Positions 32,328 to 43,044 of a stretch of DNA of 64,000 bases are shown here, in pieces. The position numbers and the translations under genes are program-made. The first letter of the stretch is position 1, and each line of letters starts with the position of its first letter. Source of the DNA: an uncultured cyanobacterium (GTDB lineage Bacteria; Cyanobacteriota; Cyanobacteriia; PCC-9006; JAAUQQ01). The stretch spans positions 704,001 through 768,000 of the forward strand of contig OY970368.1 in assembly GCA_963718615.1 (NCBI GenBank), in the 5' to 3' direction. The notes below the pieces were generated by a model that saw only the letters and a program-made list of their open reading frames with translations, did no database searches and was not told where the DNA came from.

Positions 32328-33962
32328 ATGACTGTGGTAAAAACACCAACTGTTTTATTGGTAGAGGATTCGAGCGAAGACCGGGAAACCTATCGTCGCT
32401 ACTTGGCTCGGGATAGCTACTTTCACTGGAAATTTCTTGAGGCAGAAGGGGGGGAGCAGGGACTAGCGCTTGCGATCTCCGCCAAACCGGATTTGATTGT
32501 GCTGGACTACAATCTGCCTGATCTCAACGGTCTCGAATTTATTCAAGAGCTCCGACGGCTGAGTTTTCCCATCGTCCCCACCCTGCTTATGCCTCCTATT
32601 ATTATGGTGACCGGTGAAGGCAGCGAGTCAGTGGCCGTTGCGTCTATGAAAGCGGGCGCAAAGGACTATCTCGTCAAAGGAAGTATGACGCCAGAGAGTT
32701 TAGCGCGGATTGGTCGTTACGTTTTGGAGGAGCATAATTTACAGCGATCGCTCCAAATCGCTGAGGAGCGCTTCCGAACCTCTATTGCCAACATTCTAGA
32801 TTGCTTTGGCATCTACGTCAGCCTTCGGGATGAGGCAGGCAAAATCTATGGCTTCCAGACGGAATACATCAACCAATCCGCCTGTGAACGAGACCAAGTG
32901 GTGCTCTCGGTGGGCTCATCCTCACTTACGGACTCCTCTCCAGCAGACCCACCCCAATGGACTCAGGAGCTCTTTCGAGACTATTGTCAACTGGTTGAAA
33001 CCGGCATCCCGCTCAGTCGAGAGGTGCTAGTTAGGGATGCTTCAGGTGTCGCGCCCTTTGGCATCCAGCAAGCCTTTGATATCCGCGCCACTAAGCTAGG
33101 AGATGGATTTGTTGCCACTTGGCGAGAAATTACGGATCGCAAGCGCACGGAGTTAGAAAACCAACAGTTATTAGCTGCTGCCCAAGCTGCTCGGGAAGAG
33201 GCGGAAGCGGCCAATCGGGCTAAGGACGAATTCGTTGCGATGGTTTCCCACGACCTGCGAAATCCACTCAATTCGATTCTGGGTTGGGTACAAATCTTGC
33301 AGCGGAGCAAGGATGAAACTAAGGTGAAACGGGCGATCGAAATCATCCGCCAAAGTGCACTTAAACAGGTTGCCCTAGTGGATGATCTGCTGGATATGTC
33401 GCGTATTTTACGGGGGACCTTGGAAATTTATCTTCAGCCCATTGACTTTTTGACAGTTCTAAAAGATACGCTGATGTTGATGTTGCCCATGATTCAGCAA
33501 GGAACTTTGCAGTTTTATTTGCGACTGCCGCAACTCACTCTAGAAATTAAACAGGCTAGTGATTTAGAGGCATTAGACCAACTGGGTAAGACTTTGATGA
33601 TTGAAGGGGATACCAATCGCTTAAGCCAAGTCCTCGGGAATCTGCTCACCAATGCGCTCAAGTTTACGCCGGAAAATGGCCAGATCCAGGTCGAGCTCAA
33701 GATCTTTGAGTTTTCTCTACAACTCAGCATTCGTGATAGCGGGCGAGGGATTGCGCCCGAGCTGTTACCCGTCATTTTTGATCGATTTCACCAGGGAGAG
33801 GGGTTAACCAAGAGTCAAGGATTGGGATTGGGGCTGGCGATCGCCCAATCCCTCATTCAGCTTCACCACGGACGGATTTGGGCAGAAAGTGATGGCCCCA
33901 ATCAGGGAGCCACGTTTACAATTGAGCTTCCCTTAGTGGCATCCTTCCGCCTTGCGACCTAG
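32328..33962 (+). CDS. Hybrid sensor kinase (REC-PAS-HisKA-HATPase)
   Basis: LLVEDS, LDYNLPD, VSHDLRNPL, NLLTNALKFT, GLGLGLAI. Confidence 0.9.
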   Translation: MTVVKTPTVLLVEDSSEDRETYRRYLARDSYFHWKFLEAEGGEQGLALAISAKPDLIVLDYNLPDLNGLEFIQELRRLSFPIVPTLLMPPIIMVTGEGSESVAVASMKAGAKDYLVKGSMTPESLARIGRYVLEEHNLQRSLQIAEERFRTSIANILDCFGIYVSLRDEAGKIYGFQTEYINQSACERDQVVLSVGSSSLTDSSPADPPQWTQELFRDYCQLVETGIPLSREVLVRDASGVAPFGIQQAFDIRATKLGDGFVATWREITDRKRTELENQQLLAAAQAAREEAEAANRAKDEFVAMVSHDLRNPLNSILGWVQILQRSKDETKVKRAIEIIRQSALKQVALVDDLLDMSRILRGTLEIYLQPIDFLTVLKDTLMLMLPMIQQGTLQFYLRLPQLTLEIKQASDLEALDQLGKTLMIEGDTNRLSQVLGNLLTNALKFTPENGQIQVELKIFEFSLQLSIRDSGRGIAPELLPVIFDRFHQGEGLTKSQGLGLGLAIAQSLIQLHHGRIWAESDGPNQGATFTIELPLVASFRLAT

Positions 33963-34025
33963 GCCCAAACTCAAGGATCTGTCGATCCATTGGGCCAAAA
34001 ATCTGCCTTGACGTAGCTCAAATCT

Positions 34026-34748
34026 ATGGCTCCCGACAGAGAGCAGACCAATAATTTTGGGGGAAACTGGGAAAGATACCCGAGAACCGTGGCTAAGCGA
34101 TCCGTGGCTAAGCAATCCGCTCCCCAATCTGTGACATCGACCTCAATGGGCTCCATTGTAATTAATGGAGAACGGTATCCGTTGCCCAAACAGGTGGTCA
34201 GAAATATCAAGGCCATCATCCAGGTACAGGCTAAACAAGAACGGAATCTTCCGTTTCACGAGCGCTTGCTGGGAAAGATTGCGACGGTGTTGGGTAAACC
34301 ACAATTCTTATATTTTCAAACCTTTTTCTTTCTAATCTGGGCACTCTTGAGCCGACTGGTTGAGCTGCAACTTCTGCATTGGCAAATCCCACTCTTGCGT
34401 TTCCAAGACCAAGGTATTGACGTCGCTTCGCTAATGATTGCAACGGGGGTTTTAATCTACCAAAGTCGTCAGGAAAAACTCTCTGAGCAGCGATCGCACC
34501 TAATGCTGCAAATTAATTTACTAAATGAACAAAAGATTGCAAAACTAATCGGCCTAGTCGAAGAGCTACGTCGAGATCTACCCGATGTGTGCGATCGCCA
34601 CGACTGGGAGGCCAATATCATGCAGCAATCCACTGATCCGCAGGTTGTCCTGAATATTTTGCAAGAGAACCTGTTACAGCAGGAACCCTCATCAACAGCA
34701 GCAAGTTCTGATGAAGAGAGAGCAGAATTTGTCCAGATCAGTATCTAG
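34026..34748 (+). CDS. DUF1003 family membrane protein
   Basis: Two TM segments; EQRSHLMLQINLLNEQKIAKLIGLVEELRRDLP. Confidence 0.75.
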   Translation: MAPDREQTNNFGGNWERYPRTVAKRSVAKQSAPQSVTSTSMGSIVINGERYPLPKQVVRNIKAIIQVQAKQERNLPFHERLLGKIATVLGKPQFLYFQTFFFLIWALLSRLVELQLLHWQIPLLRFQDQGIDVASLMIATGVLIYQSRQEKLSEQRSHLMLQINLLNEQKIAKLIGLVEELRRDLPDVCDRHDWEANIMQQSTDPQVVLNILQENLLQQEPSSTAASSDEERAEFVQISI

Positions 34749-35043
34749 CTATTAAATTTCATATAATTTCATATAATTGTATCCGTAATCATAAAAGAAT
34801 TACTTTTACTAGCCAAACTTTTATCGATCAAGCCTTCGATAAGATAGATCTTTAGGATATATCTTTAGGCGGACAAGGTTTAGGAGAAAGCAACCTATTG
34901 TAAAAAGCTGAGAAGGTTATTCGGCGATCGCACCTGGCAGTCCAGCCCTGAAACCCTAGCAGCCTTCTAGACCATTACAGAACTTGTAGCCCCCTAAAGG
35001 CCGATCATAATCCTTTCTACTTTTTGACCACTAGGACAAATGT

Positions 35044-36522
35044 ATGTCTGATCTAAATGGCGTCATGATGCAGTATTTCCATTGGTATCTCCCTCCCGAT
35101 GGAACGTTGTGGAATGAATTGGCCGAAAATGCCGAAGAACTTGCAAAAGTTGGTATTACATCGCTTTGGCTACCCCCTGCTTACAAGGGCACGGGAGGCG
35201 GCTACGATGTGGGTTATGGCGTCTATGACATGTATGACTTGGGAGAGTTTGATCAAAAGGGTTCGGTGCGTACCAAATACGGTACAAAAGATGAATATGT
35301 AAATGCCATCAAAACAGCGAAGAAAGCGGGTTTACAAGTTTATGCAGACGTGGTGTTTAATCACAAGCTAGGTGGTGATGCGGAAGAAGAAGCCATGGCA
35401 ACACCCTTTAGCAATGATAATCGTCATGAGGCGATCGGCGAGTTTCAAAAAATCAAAGCCTGGACCAATTTCACATTCCCAGGACGACAAGGTAAGTATT
35501 CGGATCTGGAATGGCATTGGTGGCATTTTACTGCGGTTGACTACAATGCCTACAATCAAGAAATGACTGCGGTTTATCTGTTTGAAGGCAAAGTTTTTGA
35601 TGAGCAGGTTGATTTAGAAAATGGTTGTTTTGATTATTTGATGGGCTGTGACTTAGATGTTAATCATCCTGAAGTTCGAGAGGATTTGAACAACTGGGGG
35701 GCCTGGTATGTTGATACGGTAGATATCGATGGTGTACGCTTCGATGCCGTCAAACATGTTAGAGCTGGTTACTTTCCAGAATGGCTGAATCATGTTCGGA
35801 AACATGCAGGTCGTCGACTCTTTGCAGTAGGCGAGTATTGGTCCTATGACGTGGAAGCGTTGCACTACTTTTTAGAGGTCACCGGTGGCGATGTGGCGCT
35901 GTTTGATGCGCCGCTGCACCGCAATTTTAGCGAGGCGAGTAAGGCGGGCAATGGCTATGATATGCGCCAGATTTTTGATCACACGTTGGTGCAGGATCAA
36001 CCGGCTTTAGCGGTAACACTGGTGGCGAATCACGATACTCAACCCTTGCAATCCTTGGAATCTGTAGTTGAGGGCTGGTTTAAACCCTTAGCCTATGCCT
36101 TAATTCTGTTGCGTCGAGATGGCTATCCCTGCATCTTTTACGCGGATTACTATGGTACTCATTACAAGGATTATGGCAATGATGGCGGTGAGTACGAAAT
36201 TTGGATGGATAGTCACCGTTGGTTAATTGACAAGTTTCTAGAAGCTCGTCAAGCCTATGCCTATGGCGATCAGTATGACTATTTCGACCATGCCAATACC
36301 CTCGGTTGGACACGTTTGGGAGATGAGGAACATCCGGGCGGTATGGCTGTGGTTTTGAGCAATGGTGATGCCGGGAGCAAATGGATGGAGGTGGGGTATC
36401 CCAATCAAGTCTATGTGGACCTGACGGAGCATATTGACAAACCGATTACGACAAATGAGGAGGGCTGGGCTGATTTTTGCTGTGAGGCGGGTTCGGTGTC
36501 GGTTTGGGTTCCGAAACTGTAA
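35044..36522 (+). CDS. amyA: Alpha-amylase (GH13)
   Basis: NGVMMQYFHW, DVVFNH, GVRFDAVKH, VGEYW, VANHDTQP. Confidence 0.95.
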   Translation: MSDLNGVMMQYFHWYLPPDGTLWNELAENAEELAKVGITSLWLPPAYKGTGGGYDVGYGVYDMYDLGEFDQKGSVRTKYGTKDEYVNAIKTAKKAGLQVYADVVFNHKLGGDAEEEAMATPFSNDNRHEAIGEFQKIKAWTNFTFPGRQGKYSDLEWHWWHFTAVDYNAYNQEMTAVYLFEGKVFDEQVDLENGCFDYLMGCDLDVNHPEVREDLNNWGAWYVDTVDIDGVRFDAVKHVRAGYFPEWLNHVRKHAGRRLFAVGEYWSYDVEALHYFLEVTGGDVALFDAPLHRNFSEASKAGNGYDMRQIFDHTLVQDQPALAVTLVANHDTQPLQSLESVVEGWFKPLAYALILLRRDGYPCIFYADYYGTHYKDYGNDGGEYEIWMDSHRWLIDKFLEARQAYAYGDQYDYFDHANTLGWTRLGDEEHPGGMAVVLSNGDAGSKWMEVGYPNQVYVDLTEHIDKPITTNEEGWADFCCEAGSVSVWVPKL

Positions 36523-36735
36523 TTCAATGGCGTGCGGGGCATGGTGTAACTTCCATGTCCTGCTTTATGCGGCAGCAGGTTGCGATCGCATCGCAACCTG
36601 CCCCAAATCACGCAACACCTGCAACACCTGATACAAGTCATGACTTTTGCCGAACATCTGACCTGAGGCTTGACGGGCAGTCCCCTCTAGACGGACGCTA
36701 CTGCTACAGCATTGTGCCTTGGCAGGCTTTCGTTT

Positions 36736-38508
36736 ATGCAGCGCATTCTCCCCGACTGGCAAACCCTTTCCCTCGAACAGCAGGTTGCTCAACTTTTTGT
36801 TGTGCGTACCACAGGCCATCTATTTGACCACCAGATTCGCTATCCCCAATGGGAAGCGCCGAATGCCACACTCAAGCATTGGATTCAAGATCTGGGAGTT
36901 GGGGGTGTCATTTTATTGGGGGGAAGTGCAGCGGAACTGGCCTTGCGGACCCAGCAACTGCAAGACTGGGCAGACTTGCCCCTGTTCCTGGCTGCGGATA
37001 TTGAAGAAGGCGTGGGTCAACGGTTTGCTGGGGCGATTTGGATGCCGCCGCCCATGGCCCTGGGGGCGATCGCCCAAACCCACCTCAACCTCGCCCTCAA
37101 CCTCGCCGAGCAGTTCGGGTCCACCACCGCCGAAGAAGCCCATGCCATTGGTCTCAACTGGGTCTTAGCCCCCGTCGTGGATGTCAATAATAATCCCCTC
37201 AATCCCGTCATCAATGTGCGGGCCTTTGGCGAAGATCCAGCAATGGTCAGTCAGCTCACCACGGCCTTTATTCGTGGAGTTCAATCCCATCCCGTTCTCG
37301 CCACCGCCAAGCATTTTCCCGGCCACGGCGACACCGCGACGGATTCCCATTTGGACCTGCCCCAAATTCGCCATGCTTGGGAGCGGCTGCACGCAGTGGA
37401 GTTGGAACCCTTTCGGGCGGCGATCGCCACCTCCGTCGCCTCGATCATGACCGCCCACCTGCTGCTCCCCAGCCTCGACACAGAATATCCCGCTACCCTT
37501 TCCCCAAAAATTCTCACCGATTTACTGCGGGAAAACCTGGGATTTGATGGCCTAATCGTCACCGATGCCCTCGTAATGCAGGCCATTACCCAGCGCTATG
37601 GTCCCTACGAGGCCCCCGTGCTCGCCTTCGAGGCGGGAGCCGATGTGCTGCTCATGCCCGTAGACCCCGTGGGCGCGATCGAGGCGGTGTGTGAGGCCCT
37701 GCGGGTGGGGCGGATTCCGGTAGAGCGCCTGCACTACTCCCTCGAACGGATTTGGCGGGCGAAAATGCGCATCAACGACGTTCCTGAAAGCCTGGGCTCC
37801 TGTCACGCTTGGGAGGGAGAACCACCGCCCACGATCAGCCTTGCGCCGCTGGCACAGCCCGAAACCCTGGCCCTGCGGGACCAGATTTTACAAACCGCTC
37901 AGCAAACCAGCGGGGCAATCCCATTGGCAGCTCTGGAACAGGCCGGTCGCAATCTTGTGCTGGTGGACAATCTCCTGGAAACCCCCTTTTTGAATAGCGC
38001 CAGTCCGGCGATCGCCCTACCCCCAACCTACGGCTATCGCTCCCAATGGTTCGATCAGCAATCCATCCACGCGCTCCCCACGGACCCCAGCTTGAACCCA
38101 CCCACCCTGGTCCAACTGTTTATTCGCGGCAATCCGTTTCGGGGCTCCGCTGGATCTTCAGCCTCGGCGATCGCTCTGTTACAAACTCTCCTAGACCAAA
38201 ATCATCTACGGGGCCTCGTGGTTTACGGCAGTCCCTACGTTTGGCAGCAGCTTCTGGCCATTTTGCCGCAGGATTTACCGGCAGTGTTTAGCTATGGACA
38301 AATGCCAGCGGCCCAGGCGATCGCGTTGCAGACGCTTTTTCAGGGGGATCAAGAGGGTCAGGGCGATCGCCCTCTCCCTGGTAAAAGCCTCCCTCATGCT
38401 GTTCCTGGATTTTTGTCTGAAAATCGACCTGAAAAAAGGACCGAAATGACATCGGAAACTCATAAAAAAGTGCGATTTGAAACTCCAATTCAGGCTTTTA
38501 CGGATTGA
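36736..38508 (+). CDS. GH3 glycoside hydrolase (NagZ-like beta-N-acetylglucosaminidase)
   Basis: ADIEEGVG, APVVDVN, KHFPGHGDTATDSH, IVTDALVM. Confidence 0.9.
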   Translation: MQRILPDWQTLSLEQQVAQLFVVRTTGHLFDHQIRYPQWEAPNATLKHWIQDLGVGGVILLGGSAAELALRTQQLQDWADLPLFLAADIEEGVGQRFAGAIWMPPPMALGAIAQTHLNLALNLAEQFGSTTAEEAHAIGLNWVLAPVVDVNNNPLNPVINVRAFGEDPAMVSQLTTAFIRGVQSHPVLATAKHFPGHGDTATDSHLDLPQIRHAWERLHAVELEPFRAAIATSVASIMTAHLLLPSLDTEYPATLSPKILTDLLRENLGFDGLIVTDALVMQAITQRYGPYEAPVLAFEAGADVLLMPVDPVGAIEAVCEALRVGRIPVERLHYSLERIWRAKMRINDVPESLGSCHAWEGEPPPTISLAPLAQPETLALRDQILQTAQQTSGAIPLAALEQAGRNLVLVDNLLETPFLNSASPAIALPPTYGYRSQWFDQQSIHALPTDPSLNPPTLVQLFIRGNPFRGSAGSSASAIALLQTLLDQNHLRGLVVYGSPYVWQQLLAILPQDLPAVFSYGQMPAAQAIALQTLFQGDQEGQGDRPLPGKSLPHAVPGFLSENRPEKRTEMTSETHKKVRFETPIQAFTD

Positions 38509-38765
38509 GGACCTAATTGTCGAATCATTAGCCCAAATTTCGGACATTCTCAGATTTCTCAATCCCGCGCAAACTGCCGTAACAATTGACGGTTTTGTTT
38601 GACTTTTTAAGTTTCTCTGTTACCGTTTGATAAAGTAAATGTGAGTTAGCGCTTGTAGTCGTCGTGGCTTTAGGACACTACAGTTTCGCAACGCTACTGG
38701 GTGAGCAGGGGCATCTACCATTCATTCATCGACTGTGCTCTCTCAGGGATTCAATTGTATTCATC

Positions 38766-40127
38766 ATGATGGCTTCTGCAAATACGACTCAGGCCGACTC
38801 TGCCGATTTGCCCACGGTGTTGCCGAGCATCGTCAATTCTGGTGCCCGCTATCAGTTTACGATCGGGGAAATCGGCATCCTGGGCGGTAGCTTAGGGGAT
38901 GATCAAATCACGGGTGATCAAAACGAAAATTGGATCTTTGGGTTCGACGGTGATGATCAATTGGATGGCCAAGGGGGGAGCGATCGCCTCTTTGGGGGGG
39001 AGGGCAATGACCAGCTTTTTGGGGGAGCAGGGGACGACCAGCTCTTTGGGGAAGCGGGGGATGATCAGCTGGATGGGGGTGCTGGAAATGATTATCTCCA
39101 GGGGGGCCTAGGGGCCGATCGCCTGAATGGGGGCGAGGGCATCGATACAGCGGACTACAGTGATTTGGGGCGGGCTATCACCCTGCGCTATGCCTTTGAC
39201 TTTGTCCCTTCTCCGCCCTCAGATCCTCAGGCCACCAGCACAACCAGCGCGACCAACAATGCTTTAGTGGCCATTCCCCAGTGGCAGCTCACCAAGCTTG
39301 CACCCACAAATTCCGCAGCCTCTCGCTATGGGCGAGGCGATGCTGATAGTTTGAGAACGAAACCCAATAGCGATACCCTCAGCGCCATCGAAGTCATCAT
39401 CGCGCCCCAGAGCCAAACCAACACCTTGGACTTTTCCTATCGCACCGTGGCCTCCCAGTTTGACCCCACGCCTGCGGTTTCAGCCCCTGCGATCGCCGTA
39501 GACCTGGCGACAGGAGCGCTGTCCTTTGATGTAGCGGGAACGCCCCAGTCGCTTACGGTCAAGAACTTCGTGCAGGTCATCGGTTCCTATGGGAACGATC
39601 AGATCACTGGAGACAGCAACGCTAATTATCTGGATGGGGGGGCCGGGGAGGATGTTTTGATCGGGGGCGAGGGGAACGACATCTTGCGCACAACTGAACA
39701 GGATTCCCTTACGGGAGGTCTAGGAGCCGACCAGTTTCAGATTGGGGCGGTTTGGGCGGCTTATTCTGGCCGATCAGGCTTTAAGCCTCGCTCGATTCAG
39801 CCAAGTACGATTGAGGATTTTAACTCAGCGGAACAGGATCGACTGGTGTTATCGAGTAAATTTGAGACGGGTCTGATTCTCGCAGATAATCGCGCGTTGC
39901 AATACATTCCCTTTTATCGGCTCACGCCAGGAGCGCTATCGGAAGCTGAGTTTCTCATTCAAGGCCAAGGTAGCACGACGGATGCGACGCGCATTATTTA
40001 CGACAATCAAACGGGTGATGTGTTTTATCAAGGACCTGGGCTTTATCGCGGTCTCACTAGTCCTGTTAAGATAGCCGTTTTGGCTGGCGCACCGACGCTG
40101 CAAGCCAGCGACATCGTCGTGATCTGA
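38766..40127 (+). CDS. RTX/hemolysin-type calcium-binding protein
   Basis: Tandem GGxGxDxLx nonapeptides; C-terminus typical of T1SS substrates. Confidence 0.88.
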   Translation: MMASANTTQADSADLPTVLPSIVNSGARYQFTIGEIGILGGSLGDDQITGDQNENWIFGFDGDDQLDGQGGSDRLFGGEGNDQLFGGAGDDQLFGEAGDDQLDGGAGNDYLQGGLGADRLNGGEGIDTADYSDLGRAITLRYAFDFVPSPPSDPQATSTTSATNNALVAIPQWQLTKLAPTNSAASRYGRGDADSLRTKPNSDTLSAIEVIIAPQSQTNTLDFSYRTVASQFDPTPAVSAPAIAVDLATGALSFDVAGTPQSLTVKNFVQVIGSYGNDQITGDSNANYLDGGAGEDVLIGGEGNDILRTTEQDSLTGGLGADQFQIGAVWAAYSGRSGFKPRSIQPSTIEDFNSAEQDRLVLSSKFETGLILADNRALQYIPFYRLTPGALSEAEFLIQGQGSTTDATRIIYDNQTGDVFYQGPGLYRGLTSPVKIAVLAGAPTLQASDIVVI

Positions 40128-40136
40128 TTTACGGGG

Positions 40137-40487
40137 TCACGACAGAAGTAATGGCTCGATCTTTGCCTGTACTTCCTCAATGACACTTACTGGAACAGAC
40201 TCAACAAACTGAACACCACGGGCTTTCCAATCCAGACACTTGATTTGATCGGCAAGAATCACGCCTTGAATCTGCAACTCAAGCGGTAGAGGGACTTCAA
40301 AGGGATATCCTTTTTGCTGTTTAGTGATGGGCATAAACAGGGCTAGAGAACTTTTGGCGTTGTAACTCCGAGGTGAAATCACAAAAGCAGGTCGATGCCC
40401 TCTTTGTTCGTGACCTTTGGTTGGATCAAAGTTCAGGTAGACAATGTCTCCCCGATCTGGGATATAGCGATCGGTTGGTGCTACCAA
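40137..40487 (-). CDS. mazF: MazF/PemK endoribonuclease toxin
   Basis: RGDIVYLNFDPTKGHEQRGHRPA...ILADQIKCLDWKAR. Confidence 0.95.
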   Translation of the reverse strand: MVAPTDRYIPDRGDIVYLNFDPTKGHEQRGHRPAFVISPRSYNAKSSLALFMPITKQQKGYPFEVPLPLELQIQGVILADQIKCLDWKARGVQFVESVPVSVIEEVQAKIEPLLLS

Positions 40488-40723
40488 GATTCATTCCCCA
40501 CCGGCGTACCACTCTCAATCTCAGTATGTAGATTTTCTGGTGTAATGGCAGAAATCAAATCCTCTAAGGAGTACCGCTTTCGGGTTTTGGGTTTGATGAC
40601 GAGATTACCATCGATCACTACCAGATCGACCTCGACACCTTCGGTGAGGTGGACCTCTTTAAGTAAGTGCTGGGGAAGTCGAATCGCTAAACTATTTCCC
40701 CACCTTGCCACTGTCGTCACCAT
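40481..40723 (-). CDS. mazE: MazE/AbrB antitoxin
   Basis: RWGNSLAIRLP...YSLEDL...ITPENLH; overlaps the mazF start. Confidence 0.95.
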   Translation of the reverse strand: MVTTVARWGNSLAIRLPQHLLKEVHLTEGVEVDLVVIDGNLVIKPKTRKRYSLEDLISAITPENLHTEIESGTPVGNESW

Positions 40724-40909
40724 AGGTTTAACCTTACTCTTGGTTGAGTTGAAGCACTGCGTAATTTGCTCCTTTGAAGAAACGTATATACAGAGTATCT
40801 ACATTGTAGTGGCTTGGCAGAGGCTTGGCAATTATGGGAAGAAAGAGATCTGAATCTTGAATATCTCACCAAAGACTTACGATGCTGCCCCTAGCGACAA
40901 CTTGAAGCA

Positions 40910-40988
40910 GTCCAACACTCCCAATCAACCGATGCAGATAACCTTGAACTCTATCCGATGACTTCTCAGCGGTCGGTGTGCGTTAGGA
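40910..40988 (-). repeat. attC-like imperfect inverted repeat
   Basis: Starts 1 nt after the stop of 40990..41616: TCCTAAC...GTTGGAC (GTTRRRY), 79 bp. Confidence 0.35.
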
Positions 40989-40989
40989 T

Positions 40990-41616
40990 TTATGCTTCTT
41001 CGAGTTGCAGAATAGCAATCAGTTCTGCAAGCAAAACATCTAGATACTGAGAGAAGTTAACTTGTAAAGAACTAGGAAGAACTTCTTTTTTCCGAATTTG
41101 AACATGAAGATGAGAATCTGCTATTTTTCTGCCTCCATTTTCAAGGTGCTGCATTATATTCTTAAAACTCCTTCCGCCATATTCCGAAGCTACTTCCTTA
41201 AATGAAGCTTTAGAGAAAATAGGAGGAACATGATCTAATATTGCCCTTAAAAGCATTGCTGTAGCTAAGTTAAGATCATTAGCATGAGCGATATTAAGTT
41301 CCTCACACAGTCTTATTAATTTCGTCAAATCAACTCGCTTCGATTTTATTATCTTCAACTCCTGAATCCGTGTTGCACTCACATACCCAAAACTCTCAGC
41401 TAAGCTAGCCATCAAACTCTGATCAGATAATTGGCTTTCTTTCCCAGATCCAGAGTTATTTTTAATGATCTCTTGTTGCCGAAGACTCAACAAAACCTGA
41501 ATTTTTTTGTCGTAAGCTTCTTTCGCGCTCGGATCACCGAAACCACCGCCATGTTCTGTTAATGAGATGAGATGCTCAATCTCTTGGTCTATATCCTCTA
41601 TCTTTCTTCTTTCCAT
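40990..41616 (-). CDS. AT-rich hypothetical protein, possibly HEPN-like
   Basis: 208 aa; helical LLRAILDH segment and RKIADSHLH (R-x5-H). Confidence 0.6.
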   Translation of the reverse strand: MERRKIEDIDQEIEHLISLTEHGGGFGDPSAKEAYDKKIQVLLSLRQQEIIKNNSGSGKESQLSDQSLMASLAESFGYVSATRIQELKIIKSKRVDLTKLIRLCEELNIAHANDLNLATAMLLRAILDHVPPIFSKASFKEVASEYGGRSFKNIMQHLENGGRKIADSHLHVQIRKKEVLPSSLQVNFSQYLDVLLAELIAILQLEEA

Positions 41617-41753
41617 CAGATTTCCAAGACCTGTAATTTAGAGAAGCATAAAAAGTAATTTTTATGCTTAATGCCTGATAACTCCTCCCCCTCAAGTATT
41701 TTCAAGCGCCAACGCCGTATAATCCCCAGCCTCAGCCTCTTATCCACACAATC

Positions 41754-41792
41754 ATGCTGGATAACACCCCAGAACAGGAATTATCCAGCATG
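41754..41792. repeat. 11-bp inverted repeat
   Basis: ATGCTGGATAA...TTATCCAGCAT. Confidence 0.5.
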
Positions 41793-41875
41793 TCTCATTA
41801 TAATCACCCCATTGAAATCAGCGTAGAAAATTACAAAATCTTCACCACTAATTCAGGGCCTCTAATCTCTCAGTC

Positions 41876-42865
41876 TCACTCCCCCTGCAACCCCAACAAC
41901 ACCTCAATCACCGCCCCATGCAAAACCCCATTACTCGCCACAATCCCCGTATTGTTGGCTAGCGTACTGCCCTGGGTGAAATCCAGCGGATTGCCGTGGC
42001 GATCGCTCACCTTTCCCCCCGCCTCTTCCAACACCACCACCCCAGCCGCATGGTCCCAGATATTTTCCTTACGGTTGATATACTTACCCGACGGTAACCG
42101 CAAATAGAGATCCGCTTCGCCTCGGGCGATCGCCCCATATTTCCCCAAACTATCCATACAGAAAGGCTCTGCCGTAATCCCCACCGCCTTCGCCGCCGCT
42201 TCCTGCTCCGTCGGTGTACCGTGGGATTTTTCCACACTTTGAACTAACCGGAACTGAGCCGCTTGGCTGGCATCATTGACCTTGAGATCGCGGATAAATT
42301 CCCCCTCAATGGTCAACAGCTTGGCACCCGTGCCGCGCACCCCTAGGAACAGCACACCGCGTCCAGCCTCTGGATTTGCTGGGTCTACCGCCATGGCCGG
42401 TGCACCCACCACCCCGACCTTGACCTCGCCATTTTCGATCAGAGCTAGGGCGATCGCATACTGATCCCCCCGCACATACCCCTTCGTCCCATCAATCGGA
42501 TCCAGCGTCCAAAACCGAGGGCCGGATCCTCCCTTACCGCGCCCCACCCAGGAAACCACTTGGTCAGATGTCGCGCCGGATACATACTCCGCCACCCGCG
42601 TTGTCACCAAAGCCAAACAGTCGGCCATGTCGGGCTGTCGCAACAGCGTCGCATCTTCTTCCCCCACAATCGGGTCATCAGGAAAGACTTCGTCTAAAAC
42701 CCGGCAAATCATAGCCTGAGAGCCATAGTCGGCGATCGTCACCGGGCTCTCATCGGGTTTTTCAATGGCATCGGATAGGTTCTCTGCGCGGACCTTTTCG
42801 CAAAGTTGGGCAGCGGCGGCGACTGCCTGGATAGCGATTTTTTGTTCTAATTCGTAGGGCATCAT
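41876..42865 (-). CDS. 3'(2'),5'-bisphosphate nucleotidase (HAL2-like)
   Basis: SPVTIADYGSQA, VGEED, WTLDPIDGTKG, ENIWDHAAG. Confidence 0.9.
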   Translation of the reverse strand: MMPYELEQKIAIQAVAAAAQLCEKVRAENLSDAIEKPDESPVTIADYGSQAMICRVLDEVFPDDPIVGEEDATLLRQPDMADCLALVTTRVAEYVSGATSDQVVSWVGRGKGGSGPRFWTLDPIDGTKGYVRGDQYAIALALIENGEVKVGVVGAPAMAVDPANPEAGRGVLFLGVRGTGAKLLTIEGEFIRDLKVNDASQAAQFRLVQSVEKSHGTPTEQEAAAKAVGITAEPFCMDSLGKYGAIARGEADLYLRLPSGKYINRKENIWDHAAGVVVLEEAGGKVSDRHGNPLDFTQGSTLANNTGIVASNGVLHGAVIEVLLGLQGE

Positions 42866-43044
42866 AGGTCTATTTTACTACTGCGATCGCCCCTGGGGAT
42901 AGGGAGACAACCCCATTCTAAGCTTGGTCTTTACCCCCCTCGACCCTTTTGAGCAGATTCTGCATCTTCTGTGCATTGAGCGATCTCCGGATAAAACCGA
43001 CTCGCCCCCACGGTCAACTTAGGAAGTCTTTTCCCTAAATCCCT

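Noticed and set aside
38940-39140. Regularly spaced ~27-nt repeats suggesting a CRISPR array
   Set aside because: They encode RTX nonapeptides. No repeat-spacer array or cas genes were seen in the window.
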